A model generated the notes under the pieces. The model did no database searches. It was not told the DNA's origin and was given only the letters and a program-made list of their open reading frames with translations. Source: Macrostomum hystrix (Eukaryota; Animalia; Platyhelminthes). From it: DNA of 64,000 nucleotides. Position 1 is the stretch's first letter, and the number at the start of each line of letters is the position of its first letter. The stretch lies in NCBI GenBank assembly GCA_950097015.1, contig CATNEN010000001.1, positions 24,366,001 through 24,430,000 on the forward strand. Reading direction: 5' to 3'. This document shows positions 51,795-64,000 of the stretch, one piece after another. A program made the position numbers and the translations under genes.

Positions 51795-52539
51795 AGATCA
51801 AAGACTTGTTGATCAAACAGCCGACTGTATTGCTGTATAGGCAGAACTGCACAACTGTGCGTGCTGCTGAGCTGGTGGGTTTGGCTACGCAAATAGAGAG
51901 CTCTCAACTGAATTTTAAAAAGAATTGAGATTGAGTCAGCAGGGGGAGGGAGGTGAGTGGTGTTCGCAGGTGCTGAGACGGACTCAATAGGTGTGAACGG
52001 CCGCGCAACTTGCACACGCGCTGTTCATAGCTCTGTGGGTGCAGAGATGGGCTGTTGTAGTCCTGAGATGCTCTTTCCTAGCACTAAATTATGCCGAACA
52101 AAGCATTGGGGAGGGAGTATGCTGCGGGTCAAGGGTCTGTTGGAGGATTTGGGAATCCTAGATTTTTATTGTCCTTCCCTTGGAAACGTGCTGCGCTGCC
52201 GCGTCTGGGGGCTGTCTGAATATATACTTTTTCAAATTCCGTCTTCAGATGCGCACCGCGCCTAGCTAGGGGTGTGTTTTTTATTTCTGCTAGACCGCGG
52301 CTGCAGGAAGGAAGCCAAGATTTGAATGTCGGCCGGAGTGGGTCGCTTTCTTGCAGGCCTGCCTTGAATTGGCCGCCCACCTCCCGCCTCCAGAAGGCCT
52401 TCCGCTTCTCATTGGCTTGGGCCATAGGGAATTCCATTGGTGTGGAATTGAGGCAAAAGCCTCTTAGCCAACCCCAAATGGGCCACTAGCAATTCTAGCT
52501 ACTAGCCAATCCAGTAGCGAGCTGGAGCTAGACGTGATG

Positions 52540-52889
52540 GACAGTCGTTAGACAGTCGTTAGACAGTCGTTAGACAGTCGTTAGACAGTCGTTAGACAGT
52601 CGTTAGACAGTCGTTAGACAGTCGTTAGACAGTCGTTAGACAGTCGTTAGACAGTCGTTAGACAGTCGTTAGACAGTCGTTAGACAGTCGTTAGACAGTC
52701 GTTAGACAGTCGTTAGACAGTCGTTAGACAGTCGTTAGACAGTCGTTAGACAGTCGTTAGACAGTCGTTAGACAGTCGTTAGACAGTCGTTAGACCAGTC
52801 CGTTAGACAGTCGTTAGACAGTCGTTAGACAGTCGTTAGACAGTAGTTAGACAGTCGTTAGACAGTCTTAGACCAGTCCGTTAGACAGT
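52540..52889. repeat. 11-bp near-perfect minisatellite (GACAGTCGTTA)n
   Basis: Direct reading. Confidence 0.96.
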
Positions 52890-54572
52890 TTTTGTGCATT
52901 CCCACTGTTTTAAGTGTTGGCACGCCACCCTGCGGGTTTGTGACGTGACGCAGCGCGCATCTCCTATAGGTCCACAAAGCTGTCAAAGCAACTATTACTT
53001 TTCAACGCACAAAGTATCGTGTAAATGTATCGTACTAGCCATGCAATCTTTGAGGCTCATGCCTCTTGCAGACGATTGCAAAATGAAAATTGAGTTTACT
53101 ATAATGGAATACGCATACGTTTTGGTACAAAAATCGAAATATTTCATAGCTTCTCAAAGCTACAACATTATTTACACATAAATACTTACTATTGATACGG
53201 TTTAACATAACTGTGTTCTAGGGCAAACATTACCAAACAAACAGTGGAGACAGGCTTAATGCGTGTCCGAAGGATCAAATCGATTGCTCTATGGTCATAC
53301 TTTTGGCCATAGACAACTTGCATTTGAAAATCGGCCTGAAACGCTTGGATTTTGCCACTGTGGATTAAATCGAATGCTCGAAGGATCAAATGGTAGATTT
53401 ATGCTAGGCTTCCGAGTGCGTAAATAGTGGTAGTGTTATAGTGTTATAGTGTTATATATTAGTAGTGTTAATAGTGCTGTGCTTGTGAATGCTAGAATAT
53501 GTGTTAGAAATGTAAAAAATATACGCTTAAAGCTCTCACTAGTATATTTCCACCTCTTGAGTTGAAGAAGTGGTTTAATTACAAAGCATTTTACGTTAGT
53601 TTAAAACGCTAAAACGTTAGTTTAAAATAAAAAACACATGACATACAAAATCACTTACGCAAAAATGTACAGCGGGTTTTAGTTTACATTTAAAACAAAA
53701 AAGTGCATCTAATTGTCCTTACCTTTGATTTGATTCGTGCTTAAATACAAATATATATTATCATTCAAAGAATTCAGACAACATAATAAACTGATTTATA
53801 CGACAGATTTCATTTCTCTAGCAACTGAAAGCTGCCAATTGATTTAAATGAAGCTTTTAAGTAATTATACGTTACGTTCAGTTCATAACCTACCTATAAT
53901 ACCTATCAAATTTAAAAGTAAAAAAGGCTGTATTGACAATCAAAATTGTATGCCTACTCTTCTATATATTTAGCAATTAATCTGATTATAATAAAGAAGT
54001 TATTACAAAAGCTGTAGAATAAAGGAATGACTACGTGAATAATCTTAATTGTGACTAAGCTATAGTATAATTGTATTTTACATTGTTATAATTTTTGAGA
54101 CTTTTTTTATTAATCACACGTAGGAAGCTTTCGTAGATTTTTTGTAAATATGTAAATAATTTAAAGCTAAATTAACATATGAGCAGTTTTTATAAATTTT
54201 TTCTTTTCAACATTTTAGTCCTGTGTAAGTAACTCATAGAGCAGTTAAACTTATTTTCAATATATTCAGTTTATCTTCGCTTCATCCATTACTTTCCATA
54301 GTTTCGGTTTCGGTTTCCATAATTTTCGGTTTGTGAATCTTTTTTACGGCAATTATGATATGAGAATAACACAATTTTGCTACAAACATGACTCATTGTA
54401 TGTCGAATCTAACTAAAAAATATTATTAGTAAATTTAGCTAACTTAAATACAATATTGCTCTTTAAAAATGAAATTAATGTTTTGTCCTCCACAGCTTGC
54501 TGGCAGTCTAAGCGGAATCATTGACGAGAGTAAAATCAAAGACTAAATAAATCAGTATAAGCAAACAAAATA

Positions 54573-57500
54573 ATGGTGTACAACTACACAAAACCTCGCG
54601 GCCCAGTCGCTGCCATGTACAGTAGCCCAGGCCCCAAGTACGGCCTCCCTGGCCTGGTTGGCCAGCCTCATCACGACCCGCGCTCCGTGCACAACCGCGG
54701 CCCGGCTTATCCGTTCGGCGTTCGGCACGGCAAGTTCGCCGACGACTCGAGCCCGGGACCATGCTATCTCCCCCAGGACAAGACCTACAGAGACGGTCGC
54801 GATGGAGCGCCTCAGTACTCGCTCTATGGCCGGCCCAAAGACGGAGCACTGTTCTCAGCTCCGGGCCCGGGCGCCTACCGGCCCGAGGAGGCTTCGAAGG
54901 ACGCCTTCGGCAAGTCGCCGAGCTACAGCTTTGGCCTGCGGCATCATCAGTTTAAGACTGACAACACGCCGGGTGAGACCTTGGAAACACGGGGAGCACC
55001 CGAGGTGCTGGTGCAACATGGCTTTCTGGCGAAGGCCGTCTGGAAACGAGACTTTCAGGAACACTGTTTCTTGAAATTAGACGTTTTAGAACACTTGGGT
55101 ACTTGTCACGCTTGGGTTGAAGGCTGTGGAAAAATGAAACGCACAATTTGTTTTCTTTAAGAATAATCACATTTCTGTGTTGTCTCTATCAGGCCCCAAT
55201 GCCTACATGCCGGACACAATGGTGGGCAAGACGATTCGCAGCCAGAAGAAGTCCGCCCCGGCCTACTCGCTGACCGGCCGCTCAAAGATTGGCGGCTTTC
55301 ACGAGGATCTGCAAAAGGTATTTGTTGTTTCTAAACTTAAAATCTCCGCAAATTGTGGTGTCAAATTAAATTTATAAGCTACAATCAGGCTGCAACTTTT
55401 TAATCACCTGGCTCCGTACAGACGCCAGGACCTGGTGCTTACAACACCACGGAGTCCGCGCACTACAGGAACAGTGCGCCAAGCTACAGCATGACCAGCC
55501 GCAATGCCATGCCTGGGGACACAACCGTGAAGCCCGGACCGGGAGCTCACTCGCCTGAAGGGGTGAGACTGTGCAATTGACAAATATGACACTGATGTGT
55601 CTTTAATAATAAATTTCTGATGATCAGTGTCTGCTCAGTGCCTGGTAGATGTGGATCAGCTCATGAGGTCAGTGCCTGGTAGATGTGGATCAGCTCATGA
55701 GGTCAGTGCCTGGTAGATGTGGATCAGCTCATGTGGTCAGTGTCGCGGAAATCATTATTGTTAAACTGTTATCTATCTATTATCGATTTTTCCCCGTGTC
55801 CCTTTCCATACTGACCCCCCCTCCAGTCTAGCTTCTGCACCCACCTTGTTTTCTCTCCCTCTACGCACGTTATTGTATGTTAACCCCAATGTACATCCAC
55901 CCAGGGTTTCGTACCCTCTTTTGTCTCTCCTCACTGTCGGCCCCAATTCCTTCCTTGCATATCGAAATATAATATAGTTAGAGGCCCGGGGCAAGGCCTT
56001 TGTCGGTCGTTCACTTTTGTAGCCCGTTCAAATCAACACCATTAGTTAACCTCATTTTCTTAACATGGCGCCCGATGAAATTGAACCCTTGTGAATTTTA
56101 CGTGCATATCGACTGTGTTAGTCGCATTCGTCTTTCGCCATATCGGACTCGTTGGCGCTAGTGTCTCGAATATCATTAGCGTCAGTTTCGACTCGTATCT
56201 AGTATATGCCAGCCTATCTTCAGTGAACCCGTTTTCACTTGAGCTGGTTGCTTCGTTAGAATTCTGCTCGCACTAGGACTCAGATTCGTCGGCCCGATTT
56301 CGGAGTTCTCTGGTCTACTGGTCAACTCTCTCGTCAGCAGCAGTAAGGTTCTCGGATCCGTAGTCACGTCTCGTTCTCGGTGGATCGGGTGACCGGCTGT
56401 CTCATTCTCTCGTGTCGCCAGGGTGCTCAAAAGCGGTCCGACTGTAATCAACGCGTCCTAAGCTAAGCAAAATTTCGTGCCATTCTGCTATACTAATTCT
56501 CTAACTGCTCGTTTTCCACTTGTTTTGTTTTCGCTGAACGCTATCCCCAATTATTGTTATTTAAAAATTTCGGTTGTTCTTGGTCCATTGCGCTCCCTCC
56601 TTGGCTCACTCATTGTTGCTACCCGTTGCTGGTCGCGTTTCCGTTCCTGATGTCGTCTCAGATGAAGAAGAGGTCAGTTATTCGTGCAGCAGTCACTCGG
56701 ACTATCAAAAGAGCCGAGAAAATCTTGAGTTTGGAATCTCTGGATGCGGAGGCAAAGGCTGATGCGGAAGCATACATAGACTTACTCGAGAACAAGCTGG
56801 AAGCTCTGGAAGAGGCTGACGCATTAGTTCAGGAAGAGCTGGCGGAAGATAAGATGGAAGCTGAGCTTGAAGAAAGTTATGAATATTCGTTTCGTGGTCG
56901 CAAGTATATCAAACTCTTAGGAAGCATTTTAGCATCAACTGTGAAATCGCATTCGCCGGATGCTCCTTCGCAATCTGAGCATAGCGCTCAACCTCAGGCT
57001 CAGGCCCTTCCTCAGGTCAAACTTCCTAAGCGTGAACTGCCCACATTCAACGGCACAATCGCTGGTTGGCAACCCTTTTGGGATCAATTCTCTTCTTCTG
57101 TGGATTCAAATTCGTCCCTCGCTGAGGTTGACAAGTTTAATTATCTGCTTGCATCTCTTTCCGAATCGGCAAAGGCTTGCATTCGGGGTCTCGCTGTGAC
57201 TGGTGCCAATTATCAGGCTGCTATCGAGATTCTCACAGGTCGCTTTGGCAAGCCAGATCTCATCATTAGAGACCTCATGCACCAGCTTTCCGAACTTCGG
57301 CTAACGGACACTTCTCTGTCCAGCCTTCAACGATTTCACGACGATGTTTCGGCTGCTGTCCGCAGCCTAGAAGCTCGAGGCGTGAATCCGACCTCTTATG
57401 AGAGTCTGTTGCTGCCGAACTTGCTCAAGCGATGTCCCGACGAGTTTAGACTGGAGCTTCTTAAATCAGCGAATCAAGCAGGTGCGGATTGTGATTCCAT

Positions 57501-60500
57501 CAAAGAGTTCTTGCGTCTTCTGAGTGCGGACATTGAGGTTCGCGAGAAGGCTGCCGTCATTGGCAAAAGGTCAGGTCAAGATCGGGATCGGCTTGCCAGC
57601 CTGCCAAAGCCTTCGCTTTCTACCTTAGCAGTCCAATCCGGCCCGAAGGATTTCTCGAGGGGGTCTGCGGGACAGGTGTTCTGCACCTACTGCGGGTTAG
57701 GGCACAGGTCCGAAGCGTGCAACAAGTTTGCCACGGTTGCTAGTCGCCGCGCCCGCCTGCAACAAGAGAATCGCTGTTTTCGCTGCTTGCGCATGGGACA
57801 TGGGCTTCGCATGTGCAATGATTCACGGAAATGCAGAAACTGCGGAGGAGCTCATCACGTGAGCATTTGCGTCCCTGCAACTCATACACCTAAAACTAGC
57901 GGTCAGCACATACATGTAGCTCAAAATGAAGGCGGGAAAAAGGGGAAAAGACCCATGTCACGTGACCAGTGTCTACCGACCTCCGCCGAGCAGACAGATG
58001 CCACACTTCAAAAACAGTCTACGTCTACGCTCAACAACTGGAACCCAGCGTCAGCTGCTGGTTCCTCGGTCACTGTGTGTGCCACACGAGATGATCGGAA
58101 ATTGTCGGGTTCACCGACGATCTCTTCAAACCATTTTACAGCGACAATGTTTGTCAGTAGTAATCCATCAGTAGCCCTTCCCGTTGCCAAGGCTATTCTG
58201 CTTAGCCCTGACGGTCAACGAGAGCTTCTAGTTCGGGTTCTGTTGGACACGGCTAGCAATAGGTCATACATTAGGGAAGATGTGTGTGAGCTCTTAGGCA
58301 TCGAGTCCGCCACAACTGAATCATTGACGGTATCGACCTTCACAGGTATCAAGGCTACAATTGCATCAGGTAGCGTCTCAATCTCAATTCGAAAAATTGA
58401 TTCGCACCAGGTTCTGAAATTGCGTGCTAATATTGTCAAAGAGATCTGCCAGCCTCAGCGCTCAGTCTTAGTGAACGAATTTCCTCATCTGCAAGGCTTG
58501 GACTTAGCGGATCCGTACGACCCGCGTGATGCAAGCACACCGATCTCGATCCTAATTGGCGCTGATCACTACTACGATATTGTCGGTGGTGAAGTCGTTC
58601 GTGGGCGTGATGGACCAGCAGCTGTGTCGTCCAAGCTGGGATTCGTTCTCTGTGGACCAGTGAAACTTGGAGACACATTGTCTAGTCGCTCCAGTAGTGC
58701 CACGCTTGAAGGCCAGCTCCACGCAACTCAAGCTCTATGCTGCTCTGCTGCTGATCCGCTTGTCATACGAAAAACGCATGAGTGTGAACTCTCAGACTTC
58801 TGGAGACTCGACACGCTTGGTATCCTAGGAACTCAGCATGAATCGTCAGTCGATGCATTTGCCTGTGAACCTCAGCTGGTCAATGGACGATATGAAGTCA
58901 AACTTCCGTGGAAGCTGCCGCAAGAGTCTCGATCGCTGAAAGATCACTTCGACATGGCATACAAACGCCTGAGCTCGTCGGTGCGTGCTCTTTCCCGGAA
59001 TCCCGACATCGTCGAGAAAGCGAACCAGATCATTAGAGAACAGGAGGCGAGTGGCATTATTGAGAAAGTTCCTGGCACAGATCTGCAGGAGTCCGTCGAC
59101 TGTCACTATCTACCACACAGTTGTGTGACTAAGATGGACAGTGAAAACACGAAGTTGCGGATTGTCTTCGATGGCTCTGCACGTGCTGGTCACGGAGATT
59201 TCTCCATTAATGACCACCTTCAAGTGGGCCCGACCGACCTTCCCAGAATTCCAGCGATTCTTATTCGCTTTCGCCGCAATCCAGTTGCTGTTCTGGGAGA
59301 TATTGAGAAGGCCTTCCTTCAAATCTCTATTCATGCTAGCGAACGTGACAAGCTGAGATTCTTATGGCCTGATCCTGATAACGAACAGCAAATTTTGCAT
59401 TATCGGTTCTGTCGTCTGCCTTTTGGCTTGACATGCTCACCAGGTATTCTGAGAACGACCATTCTACATCTAGTTGACACGCACGAGTCGGTCTTTCCGC
59501 AGTATGCTCAAATCATTCGACAAGACCTCTACGTCGACAACTTAGTGACCAGTTGTAAGTCTGAGGCTGAGGCTCTCGACCTCTACAGTGCAGTCAAACG
59601 TCTGTTTGGCCTAGCAGACATGAACATGCGACAGTGGATGTCGAATTCTGACATTTTCAACCAAGCACTGCCTGCTCAGGATGTTGGTCACGCTGCCAAA
59701 GTCTTAGGTATTCAGTGGCACGCAGACCGAGATGCGTTCACCTTGGACTTTCGCGAGTTGGCGAGTCAAACAGAGAGACCCTCTTCAAAACGCAACATGC
59801 TTCGCCTACTCGCGACTGTGTATGACCCAATCGGCATTCTGGCACCCGCCGTGATTATTGCAAAGGTGTTACTGCAGCAGTTGTGCATCCGGAAAGTCGA
59901 GTGGGATGACAATCTTCCGCTGGATATTGATCAGGCCTGGACATCGTGGCTAAAGTCCTGGTCCAACAGCGTTTTTGAGGTCCCTCGCTACATTTTCAGG
60001 CGTTAGATTCCTTTCCAAGCAACATCGAACTTCACGGCTTCTGCGATGCAAGTGAGACAGCCTTTGCTGCATGCATCTATGCCCGCGCCAAATCTGAATC
60101 TGGCGGTATCTCTACGACGCTGCTCTTGGCAAAATCGCGTGTCGCTCCACTTTCGAATCTGTCCATTGCTCGGTTGGAGTTACTGGGTGCACTCATCTTA
60201 GCACGCCTCATGCATCTCGCGTCACAGCAATTTCCTGACGCTGCTCGCTTCTTGTGGACAGACAGTTTAACTGCGCTCTGTTGGATTAAAAACACCGACA
60301 AGCTACGCAAGTTATTTGTGCAAAATCGGGTCAAGGAAATTCGCAGTCTAACAGCGGTCTCGGAGTGGCGACATGTGCCAGGTGAGCAGAATCCAGCAGA
60401 TATCCCATCTCGTGGTTGCTTGCCAGTCAAGCTTCGTGATAATTCGACTTGGTTCCATGGACCGCCATTCCTGCTGACTGACCAATACCCCTCTGCTGAG

Positions 60501-63321
60501 CGCACAGATCTTCCAGCACCCGTTCGCGAAGCCGTTGAAGTCGAATCTGCTAAGGTGCTTAGTGTGACAGCTTCCGACACAGAGCATTCGGATAGCGTGG
60601 CTCTTGACCCACCGGGTTATGGCATCTCAACGCTTCTGGAGATCAAACGTTTCTCTTCATTCAACAGGTTGCTCCGCGTGACATCATGGGTCAGGCGGTT
60701 CATCTTTAACATGCGTGCTTCTGTGACGAGTTTGCCACTGCTCCAATCTACGTTTCTAACGGCAGCTGAGCTGAACGAAAGCGAAGTCTTGTGGCTTGGC
60801 GCAACTCAGCGGGCGGCCTTCGAAAAGGAGTTCAACCATTTACTTGGAAAGACAGCGACCACACCGCTTAACAGAGATCTGAACCTGTTCGTTGACAGCA
60901 ACGGCCTGCTTCGTTCCCAAGGCCGCATTGGTGAAGTGTTCTCATTTCAAACCAATAATCCCATTCTGATCCCACGGCACAGTCGTCTCGAGCAGCTCGT
61001 TATTGAGCGAGCTCATCGGTCTGTCGCACATGGGGGAGTGGCGGCTACGCTATGCAAAATCCGAGAGAAGTTCTGGATACTCAAAGGCCGTCAGAGGGTG
61101 AAGCAGGAGCTTTCGCACTGTGTTGTATGCCGGAAGATGCAAGGTCGCGCTTACTCAGTGCCTGTTATTCCCCAATTGCCGCAGTTTCGGTTGTCAGATG
61201 TACGTCCCTTCCAGACGGTCGGTCTCGACTATTTTGGTCCGATTTTATATCGGACGGGGGAGGGTGATGGCGCTAGCCAGCTGCTGTCTAAGGCGTACGT
61301 CTTACTCTTCACGTGCTCATCCTCTAGAGCAGTGCACCTAGAGCTTCTGCCAGACCTGTCGACTCAGCAGTTTTTGCACGGACTTCGACGTTTCGTAGCG
61401 CGTCGAGGCATTCCTTCCTTAATTAGCGATAATGCGAAGACTTTCCGGTCTGCTGCACGAATCCTCGGTGCAAGCACTAGTGAGCAAGTGCAATCTTTCT
61501 GCGCTGAGAAACGAATTGTCTGGCAGTTTATTCCCGAGAAGGCCCCTTGGTGGGGTGGATTTTGGGAACGACTCGTCGGTGTGGTGAAAAGCGCTCTGAA
61601 GAAAAGCGTCGGTCGCGCACAGCTCGGCTTCGATCAGCTGGCCACAACAACAATAGAAATAGAAGCTGTCGTCAACAGTAGACCGCTGCTTTACGTCTCC
61701 GCAGATGACAAGAGCGAAGTCATTACACCCTCACACTTTCTGAGTGGTGTACGTCTTACTCTTGAGCCTGACAAGTACTCTGAATTTTCGTCCGTTGTGC
61801 TGCCACTTTCGAGCCGTCTTAAATTGCTTCGAAAGGCGTTGAATTCATTTTGGGACGTCTGGCACACGTCGTATGTCACAGCCCTCCGGGAGAAGTCGTT
61901 AAAGGTGCAAGGTGGGGGCCCGGAGCCCAAACCTGGCGATGTTGTCGTCGTCAGCGGCGAGCCGCGCCAACCTAGGCTGTCGTGGAAGTTGGGTGTGATT
62001 GAGTCAGTCTGCAGAGGTCGGGACGGTTTCTGTCGCTCGGCTCTAGTGCGGGTAGTCAGTGGTGTAGGGGGTCGAAGGTTGGAGCGCATTAGACGACCAG
62101 TGCGGGCCTTAGTGCCACTTGAAGTCTCTGAATAGCTATTTGTTGTTTCAGTGTATGCCTTGAAGTTTCCATAATCAATGTGAAATAAACTTCAAGCAAA
62201 TTTTCTTGTGCTTTGTCCATTTAAGATTGTAATTCATTCGCTTATCCAGTCTCTCATCCGTGCTTATCTCGTATTAGCGTTAAGTAATTTCGCCTATGGT
62301 GTTGGTGTATTTATTAAAATTTCTTCACCAGTCAGCAATGGCTACTCACTCTAAACTGTTACGCATGCTTGTTACTTCGCTCGTGTTTCGCCTTGGTGTT
62401 GGTGTATTTTTCCCCATATTTTCAATCCAAAAAACCATGCTTATTCCCTTTGAACTGTCACGCCTGCTTTTGAGCAAGGTCTCGTTTTATTAAATTTTTC
62501 ATGAAAAATGGTTCCCATTTTTGGGGGAGTGTCGCGGAAATCATTATTGTTAAACTGTTATCTATCTATTATCGATTTTTCCCCGTGTCCCTTTCCATAC
62601 TGACCCCCCCTCCAGTCTAGCTTCTGCACCCACCTTGTTTTCTCTCCCTCTACGCACGTTATTGTATGTTAACCCCAATGTACATCCACCCAGGGTTTCG
62701 TACCCTCTTTTGTCTCTCCTCACTGTCGGCCCCAATTCCTTCCTTGCATATCGAAATATAATATAGTTAGAGGCCCGGGGCAAGGCCTTTGTCGGTCGTT
62801 CACTTTTGTAGCCCGTTCAAATCAACACCATTAGTTAACCTCATTTTCTTAACAGTCAGTGCCTGGTTGGTGTGGATCAGCTGATGAGGTCAGTGCCTGG
62901 CAGATGTGGATCAGCTGTTGAGGTCAGTGCCTGGTAGATGTGGATCAGCTCATGAGGTCAGTGCCTGGTAGATGTGGATCAGCTCATGAGGTCAGTGCCT
63001 GGTAGATGTGGATCAGCTGATGAGGTCAGTGTCTGGTAGATGTGGATCAGCTGATGAGGTCAGTGCCTGGCAGATGTGGATCAGCTGTTGAGGTCAGTGT
63101 CTGCTACTCGTTGATGTGCATCAGCGGATGTGGTCTGTGCCTGTTAGATGTGGAGCCGCTGAGTTCTGGATTTGACTCGATCAATCAGGTTTCGTCTATT
63201 TCTCAAAACGTTGCCACTGCAGGTTTTTGACCACACCAAAAAGGCGGCGCCAAAGTTCAGCTTTGGAATTCGCCATTCGCAATACAAGGGCGAGTTCATC
63301 ACGGATGCCGATCTTGAATAG
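54573..63321 (+). CDS. ODF3: Outer dense fiber protein 3 / SHIPPO-repeat ciliary protein, 254 aa, four coding exons
   Basis: Exons 54573-54972, 55193-55317, 55422-55562 and 63223-63321 total 765 nt with phases 1,0,0. Repeated PGP(G)AY and P.(Y/F)S(F/L/M) motifs; C-terminus [13 protein letters not shown]. An upstream acceptor ccacag| ends at 54495. Confidence 0.93.
55741..56065 (+). repeat. 5' LTR (325 bp)
   Basis: TGTCGCGG...CTTAACA; no differences from the 3' LTR on visual comparison. Confidence 0.97.
56066..56075 (+). promoter_or_regulatory. Primer-binding site
   Basis: TGGCGCCCGA directly follows the 5' LTR and resembles the complement of a tRNA-Lys 3' end. The match is short, so the tRNA identity is tentative. 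Confidence 0.7.
56650..60006 (+). CDS. BEL/Pao gag-protease-reverse transcriptase polyprotein, part 1
   Basis: First ATG at 56650. [11 protein letters not shown] gag motif; three Cys/His knuckles (CTYC..H..C, CFRC..H..C, CRNC..HH..C); protease LLDTAS; RT motifs [12 protein letters not shown] and YVDN. Confidence 0.93.
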   Translation: MSSQMKKRSVIRAAVTRTIKRAEKILSLESLDAEAKADAEAYIDLLENKLEALEEADALVQEELAEDKMEAELEESYEYSFRGRKYIKLLGSILASTVKSHSPDAPSQSEHSAQPQAQALPQVKLPKRELPTFNGTIAGWQPFWDQFSSSVDSNSSLAEVDKFNYLLASLSESAKACIRGLAVTGANYQAAIEILTGRFGKPDLIIRDLMHQLSELRLTDTSLSSLQRFHDDVSAAVRSLEARGVNPTSYESLLLPNLLKRCPDEFRLELLKSANQAGADCDSIKEFLRLLSADIEVREKAAVIGKRSGQDRDRLASLPKPSLSTLAVQSGPKDFSRGSAGQVFCTYCGLGHRSEACNKFATVASRRARLQQENRCFRCLRMGHGLRMCNDSRKCRNCGGAHHVSICVPATHTPKTSGQHIHVAQNEGGKKGKRPMSRDQCLPTSAEQTDATLQKQSTSTLNNWNPASAAGSSVTVCATRDDRKLSGSPTISSNHFTATMFVSSNPSVALPVAKAILLSPDGQRELLVRVLLDTASNRSYIREDVCELLGIESATTESLTVSTFTGIKATIASGSVSISIRKIDSHQVLKLRANIVKEICQPQRSVLVNEFPHLQGLDLADPYDPRDASTPISILIGADHYYDIVGGEVVRGRDGPAAVSSKLGFVLCGPVKLGDTLSSRSSSATLEGQLHATQALCCSAADPLVIRKTHECELSDFWRLDTLGILGTQHESSVDAFACEPQLVNGRYEVKLPWKLPQESRSLKDHFDMAYKRLSSSVRALSRNPDIVEKANQIIREQEASGIIEKVPGTDLQESVDCHYLPHSCVTKMDSENTKLRIVFDGSARAGHGDFSINDHLQVGPTDLPRIPAILIRFRRNPVAVLGDIEKAFLQISIHASERDKLRFLWPDPDNEQQILHYRFCRLPFGLTCSPGILRTTILHLVDTHESVFPQYAQIIRQDLYVDNLVTSCKSEAEALDLYSAVKRLFGLADMNMRQWMSNSDIFNQALPAQDVGHAAKVLGIQWHADRDAFTLDFRELASQTERPSSKRNMLRLLATVYDPIGILAPAVIIAKVLLQQLCIRKVEWDDNLPLDIDQAWTSWLKSWSNSVFEVPRYIFRR
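60000..62135 (+). CDS. BEL/Pao RNase H-integrase polyprotein, part 2 (-1 frame relative to part 1)
   Basis: Frame is open from 59979. Motifs: [29 protein letters not shown] (RNase H); [27 protein letters not shown] (integrase). Confidence 0.93.
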   Translation, partial: ALDSFPSNIELHGFCDASETAFAACIYARAKSESGGISTTLLLAKSRVAPLSNLSIARLELLGALILARLMHLASQQFPDAARFLWTDSLTALCWIKNTDKLRKLFVQNRVKEIRSLTAVSEWRHVPGEQNPADIPSRGCLPVKLRDNSTWFHGPPFLLTDQYPSAERTDLPAPVREAVEVESAKVLSVTASDTEHSDSVALDPPGYGISTLLEIKRFSSFNRLLRVTSWVRRFIFNMRASVTSLPLLQSTFLTAAELNESEVLWLGATQRAAFEKEFNHLLGKTATTPLNRDLNLFVDSNGLLRSQGRIGEVFSFQTNNPILIPRHSRLEQLVIERAHRSVAHGGVAATLCKIREKFWILKGRQRVKQELSHCVVCRKMQGRAYSVPVIPQLPQFRLSDVRPFQTVGLDYFGPILYRTGEGDGASQLLSKAYVLLFTCSSSRAVHLELLPDLSTQQFLHGLRRFVARRGIPSLISDNAKTFRSAARILGASTSEQVQSFCAEKRIVWQFIPEKAPWWGGFWERLVGVVKSALKKSVGRAQLGFDQLATTTIEIEAVVNSRPLLYVSADDKSEVITPSHFLSGVRLTLEPDKYSEFSSVVLPLSSRLKLLRKALNSFWDVWHTSYVTALREKSLKVQGGGPEPKPGDVVVVSGEPRQPRLSWKLGVIESVCRGRDGFCRSALVRVVSGVGGRRLERIRRPVRALVPLEVSE
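62530..62854 (+). repeat. 3' LTR (325 bp)
   Basis: Same sequence as the 5' LTR; preceded by the polypurine tract GGGGGAG (62523-62529). Confidence 0.97.
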
Positions 63322-64000
63322 AGACACAAACTCGGCACGGCAGCTGACAAGCAAATGGAAAAATTACCATTTTATCACTGTTGATTTTGTTTAAACTTTT
63401 CTCCCCCCTTCGTTGCAACTTTCCTTGTTTTTAATTTCTTTAATCTTCGTTTTTGTTTCGTTTAATTTTGCTTCTCTAGTCTGTGTGCCTCTAATGTAAT
63501 AAAAAACTTGGCATTTTGTTTGGAGTTTTCGAATAATTAAAGAAATCGTAAAAATCCTTTTGCTAAGAGAACTACAGCGAACCCTAAGCGAACACTGCTG
63601 AATCATGGCTTGTTTTTGCCATTCACGTGGCTAGCATAACTGGCACAACGTAGCAACCCGATCGCAGAATATCAGTGCACATTTTCAGTTTGATTTTTAA
63701 TTCCAATTTAGGAAACATTTTCTAGTCACAAATTTGATTCCTATTTTCATGAATTTACTTCTTCTCTTTCTTTCTATCACGAGTAGTAACTAAAGGAAGT
63801 TTAAAGATCTAGTCTATTTTTAGTCAGTCACCAGAACAAGATTTCAATGTGTTTGGATTCACGTACATGTAAATGTACACTAATGCGACAACGTTTGTAA
63901 GAATAAATCTAAAATAAATTATTATGGGATTGCTAAAGGACTACTTCTCTAGACCTGTCGCAAGGCGCTCATATATTTTTCCCTGTTTTTTAGTCTACAC

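Larger units (their letters stand above)
55741..62854 (+). mobile_element. Full-length BEL/Pao LTR retrotransposon in ODF3 intron 3
   Basis: TG...CA LTRs at 55741-56065 and 62530-62854; GTCAG duplicated at 55736-55740 and 62855-62859; PBS after the 5' LTR and PPT before the 3' LTR; gag-PR-RT-RH-IN domain order. Confidence 0.97.
55635..63100. repeat. 34-bp minisatellite (GTCAGTGCCTGGTAGATGTGGATCAGCTCATGAG), split into 55635-55740 and 62855-63100 by the LTR element
   Basis: The same unit occurs on both sides of the element, in register once the target-site duplication is removed. Confidence 0.95.

Noticed and set aside
54973-55160. C-terminal part of the 195-aa ORF 54573-55160
   Set aside because: Read-through into the intron; ODF3 similarity resumes only after splicing to 55193.
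55773-62783. Two identical 73-aa minus-strand ORFs
   Set aside because: Incidental antisense frames of the two identical LTRs.

Overview
Eukaryotic (animal) genomic DNA. About 39 different micro/minisatellite arrays cover roughly 27 kb (about 40%, summed by eye from approximate edges). The style resembles a flatworm such as Macrostomum, which is an inference only. Four spliced genes were rebuilt by hand from GT-AG boundaries and phase matching. (1) A minus-strand class B1 (secretin-family) GPCR running off the left edge, unusual in having two complete hormone-binding ectodomains on separate phase-0 exons. (2) A plus-strand inositol polyphosphate multikinase whose first visible coding exon has no in-frame ATG. 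(3) A minus-strand ephrin over about 26 kb, with an ephrin-B-like receptor-binding domain, a GPI-type C-terminus, and exon 2 enclosed by two inverted minisatellite arrays. (4) A plus-strand ODF3/SHIPPO-repeat gene (254 aa) whose third intron holds a very young full-length BEL/Pao LTR retrotransposon (identical 325-bp LTRs, GTCAG target-site duplication, one frameshift). Also present: a 4.5-kb non-autonomous Helitron filled with minisatellites, and several copies of a tRNA-derived SINE. Most long ORFs in the supplied track are translations of tandem repeats. No database searches were run; all family assignments rest on motifs recognised by eye.
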